Positions 1 through 9,620 of a DNA stretch of 64,000 nt are shown in pieces. Below the pieces are notes generated by a model that ran no database searches, had not been told where the DNA came from, and saw nothing but the letters and a program-made list of their open reading frames with translations. A program made the position numbers and the translations under genes. Origin of the DNA: a virus; the IMG/VR virus record IMGVR_UViG_3300045988_052724, positions 96,001 through 160,000 of that record; one strand, given 5' to 3'. Numbering within the stretch: the first letter of the stretch is position 1; each line of letters starts with the position of its first letter.

Positions 1-1783
1 CAGTACCTATCTCTGAAGTTAATGTAGAGTTATTACTAAATGCAATGTTACTATTGTCAGGTTTGCCAAATGTAGCTGTTGGGGTAGAGCCAAAGAAGTT
101 ATTTATTACACTTTGGTCTGGTTTACCTGCATAAGTTCTATCATCGAAGTCAAAGTCTGCAGCTGGTCTAATAGTAATATCATATACACCTGTCTTTCTT
201 GTATTGTATCTATAGTTAGGTTTAGCATCAGACGTAACTTCTTTAATATAGTCTAGTGGGCTAACTATGTCCTTGTCTACAAATGTCTGACTATCATGAA
301 CTTTAATAGCAGTAGTGATATTTCCATTCCTTACAGATGTATTTACCTCATTCTTAGTTCCTAATAAAACTTTCTGTCTCGCACTTCCACTAGGTAACTT
401 ATTAAAGTCTGGAGTTTCTTCAAAGCTATCATTGAAATAGCTTCCAGTATATACTAACTCATATCCAACCGTCTTCTTAGTATCACCTACATACCTATCA
501 ATTCTTACTATGTATATCCAACTCTTTCTAATTGTTGAATCTCCGAATGGAATTATCTCTTCGAAAGAACCATTATAGTATTCTTTAGATATGGTATATA
601 CATAATCACCGTTTAGAGTTGCAGCAGATTTAGCCTCAGCTGAATCATTTATATCAATAAATGTAAACTCAATTTTGGTAATGTTAGAGTCTTCATTCAA
701 ATTGTAGTAGTCATACCCCCAACCAATCTTTAGATATGTATCTGTCACATAAAATCTCCACTCCCCTAATACCTCAGAATTAGTTCTAATAGCATCAAAG
801 TCTATAGTGCCAATTTTAGCCATTCTCTCTAATGCACCATAAGGGCAGACTGGTAATATTTTATATGTTTGTTTACCTGTTTTACCACTTTTAACGATTA
901 TAGATTTTACTGCATAATCAGCCTCCTCTAATATTCCAATCTCAGCTGGATTCTTCTTAGATGTTCCTTCATATACACCAGTAGTTTCACCTGAGAACTC
1001 TACACTGATAACCTTGGATTCATCATTACATGAATACTTTCTTATCAGGTTAAATGTGTCAAAGGTCTTTAGCTCAATTACTAAAATTAATGCTCCAGAT
1101 GATTTAGCACTAAATACTTGTACAAGTTCTTTAGATTTAATAACATCTAACATAGGAGTGTCAGTATTCTCGTAAATCCACAATCCATTTTCATATATCT
1201 TTAAGTTCTTCTCATCTATATAATCAATGTTACCGCTGCTATTTATAACTCCAAGTCTTAATTTAACTACACCTTTGTTTATAGCTTCTTTTATAGCAGT
1301 ATCTATAGTGGTAGAAGTTATTACAAATCTATCACCAGGATGAAATATCTTTACTTCACCTGTGTTCTCAGTCTGGAATAACCTTTCCTTATAATATTCC
1401 AATTCTATGTAAGGTACACTTCCCTTCATCGTTATAAATTTGGAGAAGTCAAACCGTATAGGTGTTACATTTAAATCTTCTCCTTCATACAGTTGCTGAG
1501 GGGAGGGGAATGAGCCTATCTGACTCTTACCAGTGACAGGATTATGGGCAGCTACATAGATTATACCTCCATGCTCTTTCATTCCTACAGGCACATAACC
1601 TTTATCAAGATAGGCAGTATGGACTTCTCCATTCCCCATATCATTCTGCAGTACAAATTCATTACCATTGTACGTTATTATAGTACCGTTTAAGCAGTTC
1701 GTTAATACATTACTAGGGGTAGTTAGTGGATGTAAATCCATTATTAAACCTTCCCCAAAGGTATTAATTGCTTCTTTTCTCAT
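1..1783 (-). CDS. Virion structural protein (tail or baseplate-like), partial; the 3' end runs off the window edge
   Basis: I translated the minus frame from the ATG at 1783-1781 down to position 1 and found no stop (about 594 codons). It is missing from the ORF track because it is edge-truncated. It lies at the end of the structural operon. An alternative start is the ATG at 1741. Confidence 0.6.
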   Translation of the reverse strand, partial: MRKEAINTFGEGLIMDLHPLTTPSNVLTNCLNGTIITYNGNEFVLQNDMGNGEVHTAYLDKGYVPVGMKEHGGIIYVAAHNPVTGKSQIGSFPSPQQLYEGEDLNVTPIRFDFSKFITMKGSVPYIELEYYKERLFQTENTGEVKIFHPGDRFVITSTTIDTAIKEAINKGVVKLRLGVINSSGNIDYIDEKNLKIYENGLWIYENTDTPMLDVIKSKELVQVFSAKSSGALILVIELKTFDTFNLIRKYSCNDESKVISVEFSGETTGVYEGTSKKNPAEIGILEEADYAVKSIIVKSGKTGKQTYKILPVCPYGALERMAKIGTIDFDAIRTNSEVLGEWRFYVTDTYLKIGWGYDYYNLNEDSNITKIEFTFIDINDSAEAKSAATLNGDYVYTISKEYYNGSFEEIIPFGDSTIRKSWIYIVRIDRYVGDTKKTVGYELVYTGSYFNDSFEETPDFNKLPSGSARQKVLLGTKNEVNTSVRNGNITTAIKVHDSQTFVDKDIVSPLDYIKEVTSDAKPNYRYNTRKTGVYDITIRPAADFDFDDRTYAGKPDQSVINNFFGSTPTATFGKPDNSNIAFSNNSTLTSEIGT

Positions 1784-2366
1784 ATTTTATAAGTTCATAG
1801 TTGTTACTACTAATAAGTATGTCCTTGAACGTACTTGGGCTATCTCTTACTAATGCAACTTCTAAGTCATTGCATTTCATTGTATCTTTAAAGAATGTAT
1901 ATCCCATATCGGTAACATATCTATACCTTACGATATATTTAGACCAGCTATAAAATACTTTAGCTTCATCAAAAACCTTCATTCCGAATTTGTTGTGGAA
2001 TATAAAATTCTTCTTCTTTCTTCCCCTTCCAGTAGTAGATTTAACTACTGATTTATATTCATCTTCTGTTAATCCTATATAATAGTATCCATCCCACTCT
2101 TTAACCTTTTTAGAATATAGTACTCTTAGCTTCCTCCTAAGCATTCTCCTATAGTAATTATAGTGTTTAATTGAGTCACGTGTAAGTTGTCCACAATAAA
2201 ACCAATACCTATACTTGGTACTACTAATAAGAGTATCACATCCCCTAAGATTGTAATAGTATAGCATCCTCCATCCATATTCGACAGCTCGTTTGACATC
2301 CTCTGGAGGTACTGTAGGGAATTGGGATATTAGCTCTGGTAAATAATCATTGACACTTTTAAGCAT
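1764..2366 (-). CDS. Hypothetical protein (200 aa)
   Basis: Track ORF, co-directional, with its start abutting the stop of the upstream gene. No motif recognised. Confidence 0.6.
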   Translation of the reverse strand: MLKSVNDYLPELISQFPTVPPEDVKRAVEYGWRMLYYYNLRGCDTLISSTKYRYWFYCGQLTRDSIKHYNYYRRMLRRKLRVLYSKKVKEWDGYYYIGLTEDEYKSVVKSTTGRGRKKKNFIFHNKFGMKVFDEAKVFYSWSKYIVRYRYVTDMGYTFFKDTMKCNDLEVALVRDSPSTFKDILISSNNYELIKYEKRSN

Positions 2367-2824
2367 TAATAGTATTGTTTACCTTGGTTTGTATATTCTA
2401 ATATCCTATCTCTATGCTCAGGGTCTAGATATATTAACTTCTCCCTCATAACCCCTTCGGATTGAAAGCGGAACACCATTTGATATGCACAGAAGTTAGA
2501 TGTTAGAAAGTCTACCTTAGCCCACTTACCATTTCTTCTCGCCTTAGAGAACTCATCCCTCTCGAATCTCTTCATCCTTAACTCCGCCTGTCTAGACCTA
2601 GTCGGGAGAATAAATGTTACATTATTCTCAATTATATCTTCTAAAACCATATTCAAGGCACTCTTAAATATCTTCTTAGCGATGATTTCCTTGTGCCTAT
2701 TACCTATTAATTCCTCACACGCCTTCGCAGTCATCTTCATCTTCTTAGTGGGAAAGGAGATGAATAACTCGTCTATATTCATGGCATATCCTGTAGCGTA
2801 ATTCATTATTTTACAAATTTCCAA
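2366..2824 (-). CDS. Hypothetical protein (152 aa)
   Basis: Track ORF, tightly packed in the operon. Confidence 0.6.
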   Translation of the reverse strand: MEICKIMNYATGYAMNIDELFISFPTKKMKMTAKACEELIGNRHKEIIAKKIFKSALNMVLEDIIENNVTFILPTRSRQAELRMKRFERDEFSKARRNGKWAKVDFLTSNFCAYQMVFRFQSEGVMREKLIYLDPEHRDRILEYTNQGKQYY

Positions 2825-3495
2825 GTTTTATTAAATATCTTCCTATTCCAGCTTGTCTTAGCATCGAGGATTTCGTTCATATCATTCTGATTAATGTACA
2901 TTGGAACTCTGGCAGCATCACATAGTCTATACCACCTTTGCTCAAGAAGTTGTGCCTCTTGTAACATATTTTGATTATGCTTACTCCAGCCCTCTTTAAA
3001 CCTGTCCGTGTATGCACAATAACAAGCTATTGCATCCTTCTCTTTCTCATTGATAAATGGTAATCCATCATCATCTAGTAAGATTCCCTTATACAGTATA
3101 TTAACTGAACCATAATCCTTGTCAAAGTACAGAGTATCATTCACTCTCTCATACTTAGCTAGCTTACCACTAATGTAGAATGGATTGTTATATACCTTAC
3201 GTCCTTCAATATAGTTCTCAATGAATTGTGATTGGTAATCTCCATTGACTGTATCATTAGTAGTATATCTCCAGTCCTCAAAGTCGTATGTTACAGCCTC
3301 AACAAAGTCACAATTACATGGTAGTGTAACCGTTAAGGTTTCACAATCTATCTTACATCTATATCTGTATAGTTTAGTTTGTCTATTACCTATCTTATTC
3401 CAGGCAATCAGACCTATTTCTTCAAACTCTTCTGGTGCTAATTCAATACCATATAGTAGATTAGCTTGAGCATATGCTGATTGGAAGTTTTCCAT
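2806..3495 (-). CDS. Hypothetical virion-module protein (229 aa)
   Basis: Track ORF, 2-nt gap to the upstream gene. Confidence 0.6.
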   Translation of the reverse strand: MENFQSAYAQANLLYGIELAPEEFEEIGLIAWNKIGNRQTKLYRYRCKIDCETLTVTLPCNCDFVEAVTYDFEDWRYTTNDTVNGDYQSQFIENYIEGRKVYNNPFYISGKLAKYERVNDTLYFDKDYGSVNILYKGILLDDDGLPFINEKEKDAIACYCAYTDRFKEGWSKHNQNMLQEAQLLEQRWYRLCDAARVPMYINQNDMNEILDAKTSWNRKIFNKTWKFVK

Positions 3496-3496
3496 A

Positions 3497-4171
3497 TTAA
3501 TGTGGTGCTTGGTCGTTAGGTAACAATGGAGATTGAAGCTGACGATAATATCTTAGCTTCTTCTCCGTCAATCTCTTCTTTATTTCTGCATCGATGAAAG
3601 TCATATTATTAATGTCTAATGCAGAACAACATCCATAAGTTTGTAACTGACGTGGGTCTTTGAATATACCTACCACAGATACTTGCTTTATAACTGGAAG
3701 ATTGAATATCCAGCAGTCATACATATTGTTGGCATTAGGAGTAACATCAATATACACATAAGGTCTGTTCTTAGCCCTCTTTCTGTATTTATGATATTGC
3801 ATTACTGTTGGACTTATGTACCATATAAATGGCTGTCCTTTATCTACGGAGCCTATGTATTCAATTCCTCCTCCGAACTCAGTTAGTAACTGTGGTATTT
3901 CAAAGTGGAATGTTGGTGTACCATCTGCTTTATTGCCACAGGTACAGCTCTCTATATCCTTACAGTCTACGTTGATACAATTAATAGACATTAATAAATC
4001 CCTCTTAGGAATAAGTCCTTTCATGGAATATTCCTTAATGATTTGCAATCTTTCATCTACAATATCATCTTCTAGTTGTTCTATTGATAATGTGTTTGTA
4101 GTAGTATAACCTCTAAGTCCAGACACTATATCGTTATAGATTGCAGATGCTAATTTAAAATAATATCCCAT
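3497..4171 (-). CDS. Hypothetical virion-module protein (224 aa)
   Basis: Track ORF. It is the first gene after the terminator at 4183-4214. Confidence 0.6.
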   Translation of the reverse strand: MGYYFKLASAIYNDIVSGLRGYTTTNTLSIEQLEDDIVDERLQIIKEYSMKGLIPKRDLLMSINCINVDCKDIESCTCGNKADGTPTFHFEIPQLLTEFGGGIEYIGSVDKGQPFIWYISPTVMQYHKYRKRAKNRPYVYIDVTPNANNMYDCWIFNLPVIKQVSVVGIFKDPRQLQTYGCCSALDINNMTFIDAEIKKRLTEKKLRYYRQLQSPLLPNDQAPH

Positions 4172-4182
4172 AAGTATAAAGT

Positions 4183-4214
4183 AAAAAAGGCGAAGGCTTA
4201 ATTGCCCTCGCCTT
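4183..4214 (-). terminator. Intrinsic terminator after the 373-aa gene
   Basis: On the minus strand the stem is AAGGCGA / TCGCCTT (7 bp). It is followed directly by TTTTTT, a few nt after the stop at 4220. Confidence 0.75.
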
Positions 4215-4219
4215 CAGTT

Positions 4220-5341
4220 TTAAGCACTTGCTTGAGTGACTGTAATTTCTTTAGCTGCCACAGCACCAGTTTCGTCCTTTACAGTAACCTTTACTAATGC
4301 ACTGCGAGATTTACCAGTTCCATTATCTGTACCAGTAATACCAACCTTAGTTGCACCAGGAGTTACAGTAATCCAATCTGCTTCTGTCTCTGCATCTACC
4401 CATTTAACAGTTCCTTCTTCAATAACAGGAGTTATATCTTGTTTAGTACCAAGCTTTACAAGACTAACATCCTGAACTCCACTCTTAATGAAGATAGGTT
4501 TCTTCTCTGTAGTTAGGGTACCTAGCACAGCTAATGCTGCTTCGAACTCTGCAGCGATAGACTCTAGTACATAGAATACATGAGTAGTCTTAGATGTAAC
4601 TTGCTGACCAACAGCAGCACCCCCAAACAGACCTCTATCTACTGTGTAGTAAATAGTATATTGGTTGTACTTCATTCCTGGGATAGGAAGTTCCTCTTGG
4701 TTTACAGCTTCAAATCTTCTAGCCTCAATAGTAGGTAATCTAAGGTCTTTTAGGATGTGAGTATAGGTACCAAATCCCTCAATACTCTTAGTAATTGTAC
4801 CTTCTATAATATCCTCATATACTTCGTTAGTAAGTGGATTATTAGCAGCTGTATTAAGCTTTTGAATCTTAGCCTCAGTGAATAATTGATACTCATCAAC
4901 TCCGTGGATTATTAACTTATCGCCTTTAACCTCAGTTCTGATGTATTTATCACCGTAGAAAGCCTGAATCTTATCAATAACTCTTTTAATTTCTTTAGCA
5001 ACATCAGTTGCAGAGGTGGAACCAGAGGTGATTCTGAACTCATAAACAAAAGGCTTACCTTTGAATACGAAGTCATTAGAGTAGTATGAGTTCTGACTTC
5101 CAGATAATCTGATGTATAACTTCAACCTATAGATACCTACGCCTGGGTTAGTAATAGTGAACTCTGCCTTACCAATAACTGGGTCGGAAGCAGTTCTCTT
5201 GTGCATAGCACTTACGTTCTTCTTGAGGAACTTGTTTACACGTCTTACCTCAATGTTGTCTGAACCCTTAACGATTTTATCTAAACCAGTGGTTACATCT
5301 TTCAGTGAGTTTAATACAATAGTGTTAGTGTACTGAAACAT
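4220..5341 (-). CDS. Virion surface protein with a C-terminal Ig-like/BACON-like domain (373 aa)
   Basis: The C-terminal ~90 aa (…WVDAETEADWITVTPGATKVGITGTDNGTGKSRSALVKVTVKDETGAVAAKEITVTQ) follows the pattern of BACON/Ig-like display domains. The gene is followed by a strong terminator, as highly expressed structural genes often are. Confidence 0.5.
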   Translation of the reverse strand: MFQYTNTIVLNSLKDVTTGLDKIVKGSDNIEVRRVNKFLKKNVSAMHKRTASDPVIGKAEFTITNPGVGIYRLKLYIRLSGSQNSYYSNDFVFKGKPFVYEFRITSGSTSATDVAKEIKRVIDKIQAFYGDKYIRTEVKGDKLIIHGVDEYQLFTEAKIQKLNTAANNPLTNEVYEDIIEGTITKSIEGFGTYTHILKDLRLPTIEARRFEAVNQEELPIPGMKYNQYTIYYTVDRGLFGGAAVGQQVTSKTTHVFYVLESIAAEFEAALAVLGTLTTEKKPIFIKSGVQDVSLVKLGTKQDITPVIEEGTVKWVDAETEADWITVTPGATKVGITGTDNGTGKSRSALVKVTVKDETGAVAAKEITVTQASA

Positions 5342-5348
5342 AAATTAA

Positions 5349-6299
5349 TTATTTTTTGGTTTGTGACTGTTGCTGAGCTGGATTTGCAATAGTCTGATTA
5401 ACTGCTAAATTAGTTTGAAGCCTTGGGTCACCTGCGTTCTCCAATAATAGCTTTGCCAGCTCATTTATAATCTCTTGACACACATAATCTGGAAACTCCA
5501 TGACTTGTGATGTATCTTCAACCATTTCAATCTGGTCTTGTGTTAGTCTAATTTTTTGAGGAGTCTTAATGTAATCAACAAATATATCAGTTAATTGAAA
5601 TACAGAAGAATCCTTGCCATACCTAATTTCAAGTCTAACTTGAGATGGATTTCCATACCTATTAACTCCTGGCTGTTCTATTAAGTCTACTGACTTACCC
5701 CCAATAGTAATTTTAGTTGGAAGTGAGCCATCTGTACCAGTAGTTTGCTGAATAGTTGTGTTTGGTGATATACTTCCTTCTCCAGCAGTAAGTCTTACTG
5801 GATTAGTAGGCATTGTCGTAGCACTATTTACATTGTGTATGAAGTAATAAGGATTTCTATAGGAGGGTTGCATATAGAAGTTCCTTATTATCTGTGACCA
5901 AAGGTCTGAGGTTAGACGCTTAGCACCAATTTGTACATAAGTACCAGCATCATAGCACTCGTATGTCTTTACTACTTTGAAATTGCATACACAATTCAAA
6001 ATATGTAAATAATCCAATGGTAGATTTACTTCATAAACAGCTCCATACAGTGAGTTAGTTTGAGAACTAACAGCAGCGTATGTGTTTGTAGCCAGAGTAG
6101 GCTGGAGGATGGCAGTAGATTTTAAAACTCTAATGTCATCTGTTGATTGTTGATTTACATCATAAATGTTGTACTTCTTATTAATGTATTGGTATATCGC
6201 CTTATTTAATAAGTAGTTAAAGTCCTCAAGTAAAATACTTGGAGCAGCAGTCTTATTCATTTCAACTAATGCTCCTCTGTATACTTGTTTTGCTGTCAT
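5349..6299 (-). CDS. Hypothetical structural protein (316 aa)
   Basis: Track ORF in the capsid-proximal operon. Confidence 0.6.
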   Translation of the reverse strand: MTAKQVYRGALVEMNKTAAPSILLEDFNYLLNKAIYQYINKKYNIYDVNQQSTDDIRVLKSTAILQPTLATNTYAAVSSQTNSLYGAVYEVNLPLDYLHILNCVCNFKVVKTYECYDAGTYVQIGAKRLTSDLWSQIIRNFYMQPSYRNPYYFIHNVNSATTMPTNPVRLTAGEGSISPNTTIQQTTGTDGSLPTKITIGGKSVDLIEQPGVNRYGNPSQVRLEIRYGKDSSVFQLTDIFVDYIKTPQKIRLTQDQIEMVEDTSQVMEFPDYVCQEIINELAKLLLENAGDPRLQTNLAVNQTIANPAQQQSQTKK

Positions 6300-6309
6300 T
6301 TAGGTAATG

Positions 6310-7146
6310 TTATTTCTTAGATGCACTTTCTTCTAAGTACATATCGGGATAAGTATCTCTCTTAATAAGTTCAAGTACCTTACTGTTAGTAGGGTTCTTC
6401 ATCCAAGTGATTACTGCATCATCAGTTGCACCCAATACAATGCTATCACCATATAGATAAACCTTGTTCTTAACGTATATGACATTTTTGTCTTTAGCGT
6501 CAATAAACATCAATCTCAGATTAATATCTCCACCAGTATATAGGTCAATAATCTTCTCTGGAGATTTATGTGATATTTCAAGCAAGTAGTCTGTAATATC
6601 TGCGTCTGGTGCATTACGCATATTCTTACCAAGCAATCTAGCTTTAAGTGCTCTACCTTCTGCACCTTTAGGGTCTCCGTAGATGTAGGAGTCAGCATCG
6701 TGGATAAGTTTCTTCTTAGAGATTCTCTTAGCAGTATCATATCCAGGTCTTTCTACATATAGTTCAGCTGTACCATAACGAGCACGAGCCTTACCCTCAG
6801 CTATTTCACCATCAATTAGTAAATTTCCTTTAGAGTCCCTTGCATCTCTTGATAATGCAATAAGAGGACAATGTTGTATTGAGTGCCACTCAGCAGCCTG
6901 CCATTCATCATTTAGATTGAATGTAGTACCATCTTCTATAATGAATACTTTATTCTCAGGAATAAGTGGTTTACCTTCATTTCTATCCTTATCAGAGATA
7001 ATCATATCACCCTTACTATCTACTGGTCTAACACAATCAGGAAATCTACCAGTCTTCGGGTCTCTAACAGGATTCATGAAGTATTTCTGCCCAACTTTAC
7101 CGAACACACTTCTTAAAATAATTATATCGTCTAAAACATCAGCCAT
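6310..7146 (-). CDS. Hypothetical structural protein (278 aa)
   Basis: Track ORF directly downstream of the capsid gene. Confidence 0.6.
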   Translation of the reverse strand: MADVLDDIIILRSVFGKVGQKYFMNPVRDPKTGRFPDCVRPVDSKGDMIISDKDRNEGKPLIPENKVFIIEDGTTFNLNDEWQAAEWHSIQHCPLIALSRDARDSKGNLLIDGEIAEGKARARYGTAELYVERPGYDTAKRISKKKLIHDADSYIYGDPKGAEGRALKARLLGKNMRNAPDADITDYLLEISHKSPEKIIDLYTGGDINLRLMFIDAKDKNVIYVKNKVYLYGDSIVLGATDDAVITWMKNPTNSKVLELIKRDTYPDMYLEESASKK

Positions 7147-7248
7147 ATTAATTCGTATTTTTATTGTATATCATACATCATCTTTATAATGAGTATGAGA
7201 GGGACTATAGATTAGCCCCTCCCAACACATCTTGATTATATATTTTTA

Positions 7249-7441
7249 TTATGCTTCTTTCATAATGAAGCTTCTGTATGGAGAGAATACTCCAACACCA
7301 GAATAACCCCAGTTGATTACCTTAGATGCAGCTGTAGTACTTGAAACAATACCAGAGCTTAGACCATCTAAACCACCCACACCAGGATACTTGTTAGTAA
7401 TGAAGTCACCACCCTTTAATGTGAACATTTGGCATATAATG
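7249..7441 (-). CDS. Major capsid protein candidate, exon 2 (the 5' boundary is approximate, within 7427-7447)
   Basis: The open frame has no ATG at its head; the track ORF begins at a TTG. It lies 39 nt downstream of the homing endonuclease stop. It can be joined in frame to the 8367-9604 ORF at a U / omega-G pair of splice sites. Confidence 0.55.
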
Positions 7442-8366
7442 CCCAACGTGTTACCACGTTGATTAGACTATATCTTAAGTTTAGTCAATGTACTTAAACG
7501 TAAAACCTCCTGCTTGCTTACGTGTTCCCTTTAAAACATGAACACATCCACAGAAGTCTCTTTTACATTCCCTTACTGTATTGTACACTTTTACTAAGTC
7601 TCCTTGTAATGTGTACTGTCCAACACGTTTTGGTTTGTTTACTTTATCGTAGATTTCAAGTTTATCTACCTTATCATAAGACCACATATAACCACCAGCT
7701 TGACCTTTAGTTTTAATTGCTCTTGCAATGTTTAAACTCTTGGTTCCTTTTAAAGCTTTAGTGGCTAGTGCCACTGATTCGAAGGTTTGTATGTACTCTC
7801 CATCTAACGAGTACTGATGAACCTCTCTCATACTATGAGGAGGAACGTTTCCGCCTTCAGTGATGTTATAAGTATCCTTCCGCTTTATAAATTCAGTAGT
7901 AACTAACCATGCTTCTAAGTCTAAAGCATCTTGTAAGTTATTAAACTCTTTAAGAGTTACTCTAATGAATTTATCTGGACCGTACTTATTAACTGCATAC
8001 TGGAATGGAGTTTGACTGAACTTGTAAGTAGATGGTTTGTATGTTAAAACTCCACATCCTAAGTATCCGTCAAATTTATCCATTAATGTCTTATGAACTC
8101 CAATATAAATTTTACCGTTTATTGTGTTAGTAGTAAGGTACACTATGTACCTTGGATTTAAACTTTCTCCCATTTCAATTAATTTAATTATTAATTTACG
8201 TCAAACTGACTAGTCGTTGAACCTTACTGAGAGCTACTCTATGAGCCTGCTTATCCTCAGTCTTGGCTGCTGATTGTCCTACTGTTTCAAGGAGTCCCAG
8301 CAATTAAAGAGATTTTAATTTTGCGTTAATTATAATGGCTACGCTGCCCAGCAACCCGAATGTTCA
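7442..8366 (-). mobile_element. Putative group I intron carrying a GIY-YIG homing endonuclease ORF
   Basis: An 8-bp P1-like pairing joins the exon end CCAGCGAU (8374-8367) to the internal guide GUUGCUGG (8355-8348). It includes a terminal U.G pair. The 193-nt segment at 8174-8366 is noncoding, visibly GC-richer and rich in helices. A G precedes the in-frame exon 2 junction. A HEG ORF lies inside. Confidence 0.55.
7481..8173 (-). CDS. GIY-YIG homing endonuclease with C-terminal NUMOD/IENR-like DNA-binding repeats (230 aa)
   Basis: The N-terminus RYIVYLTTNTINGKIYIGVH is a GIY-YIG motif, with …YNITEGGN downstream. Two C-terminal repeats are present: KSLNIARAIKTKGQAGGYMWSY and VLKGTRKQAGGFTFKY. 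Confidence 0.8.
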   Translation of the reverse strand: MGESLNPRYIVYLTTNTINGKIYIGVHKTLMDKFDGYLGCGVLTYKPSTYKFSQTPFQYAVNKYGPDKFIRVTLKEFNNLQDALDLEAWLVTTEFIKRKDTYNITEGGNVPPHSMREVHQYSLDGEYIQTFESVALATKALKGTKSLNIARAIKTKGQAGGYMWSYDKVDKLEIYDKVNKPKRVGQYTLQGDLVKVYNTVRECKRDFCGCVHVLKGTRKQAGGFTFKYID

Positions 8367-9604
8367 ATCGCTGGTTCACCGCTAGTCTTATCAGCAGTAA
8401 GGTCAAGCATTAGACCAAAGCCCTTTTCAGAACCCCATTCACGAGAGAATGTTCTGTCTACCTTGAATGAAATAGTGTTACCACCGATTTCGTAGCTATT
8501 GAATGTAGCACCAACGTCTACATATCCATTAGCCTTCTTAGACCATAGATAAGTACCACAAGTTTTGAATCTAGCAAGCCATTCTGATAGACAGCTTTGA
8601 ATGTCATTCCACATCTTCTCGTTGCAGATGAATACATACTTGTTACCAGTTGGGTTCTCACTCTTCTCATTCATCATAGCCATAGCTGTAGTGAATGCTT
8701 CTGGAGTAAGTTTGTTGTATACATACTTAGATGCAAATCTCTCGATTTGTGGGATGATACCATCACCAATATAGATTGGACGACCAGTGTCAGGGTCAGA
8801 GATTGTTGGTTTACCGTTCTTATCTACGTTAGTCTTATTAAATAATAGACCTTGGTTACGTACTTCAAGGAAGTTTCTTAATAGATTCTTCTCAAGAGTA
8901 TCCATCTTATACATTGTCTCTTTTACAGCACCATTGCCTTCACCTTTACCAATACTGATGAATGTTTGCTCAAGTGGCTTGAATAGAGAAGTATAGCTAT
9001 CATCAACACGATGTGTTGTAATGTAACCTCTGTGTCTCTCAATGTTAGATTGATACTTAACATAACCCTCTTCATGAGCTTCAGGCATAGCGTTAGATTG
9101 GAATCTTGTAGTGTCACCAATCTGACATCCGTCTAAGTCAAGAATTGAAGAATAGTCATTATCAATTAGTCTTACCTCAACAGTCCAATAGTTATCTGCA
9201 ACTCTTGTAGGTCTAGAGATAACTTGGCATTGCTGCATTGTTTTGTCAATCTTAAAAATGTCATACTTCTGGTAATAGTTCTCTTTGAAAGCCATTACGA
9301 TGGTTGTACCACCTTCACCATTAGTTGCTGGAACATCTGCGAACTCAACTCTCTTGATGTAGTTGGTTTCAACTTCCCACTCGAAGTACATACTATCAAT
9401 GCTTCTGTATTTGCTATTTGACTTAGAATCCATGTAGAAGATATTTCTTAGGGACTCTGTCAAGTAAGAAGCAGTTAGGTTAGGGTAAAGTCTTGAAACT
9501 ATACCAAGTCTAGTTGGTTTTGTGCCTAAGAACTTATAGAAATCTTCATAAGTTCTAGTTTCGCTCATTGTAGGGCGATTGGTTACGAAATTTGCTACTA
9601 TCAT
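8367..9604 (-). CDS. Major capsid protein candidate, exon 1 (the uninterrupted track ORF runs to a stop at 8339)
   Basis: A 421-aa ORF lies immediately downstream of an acidic coiled-coil scaffold-like gene and behind a canonical promoter. Exon 1 plus exon 2 would give about 475-480 aa. Confidence 0.6.
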
Positions 9605-9620
9605 ACTTTATAATTTAAAT

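Noticed and set aside
7199-7221. Hairpin after the capsid exon 2 stop as a terminator
   Set aside because: The stem is only 5 bp (GAGGG/CCCTC) with a 13-nt loop and no downstream U-tract.
7249-7446. The 65-aa ORF as an independent small gene
   Set aside because: The track start is a TTG with no ATG at its head. It lies 39 nt after a homing endonuclease, and it can be spliced in frame to the truncated capsid ORF. It is interpreted as exon 2.
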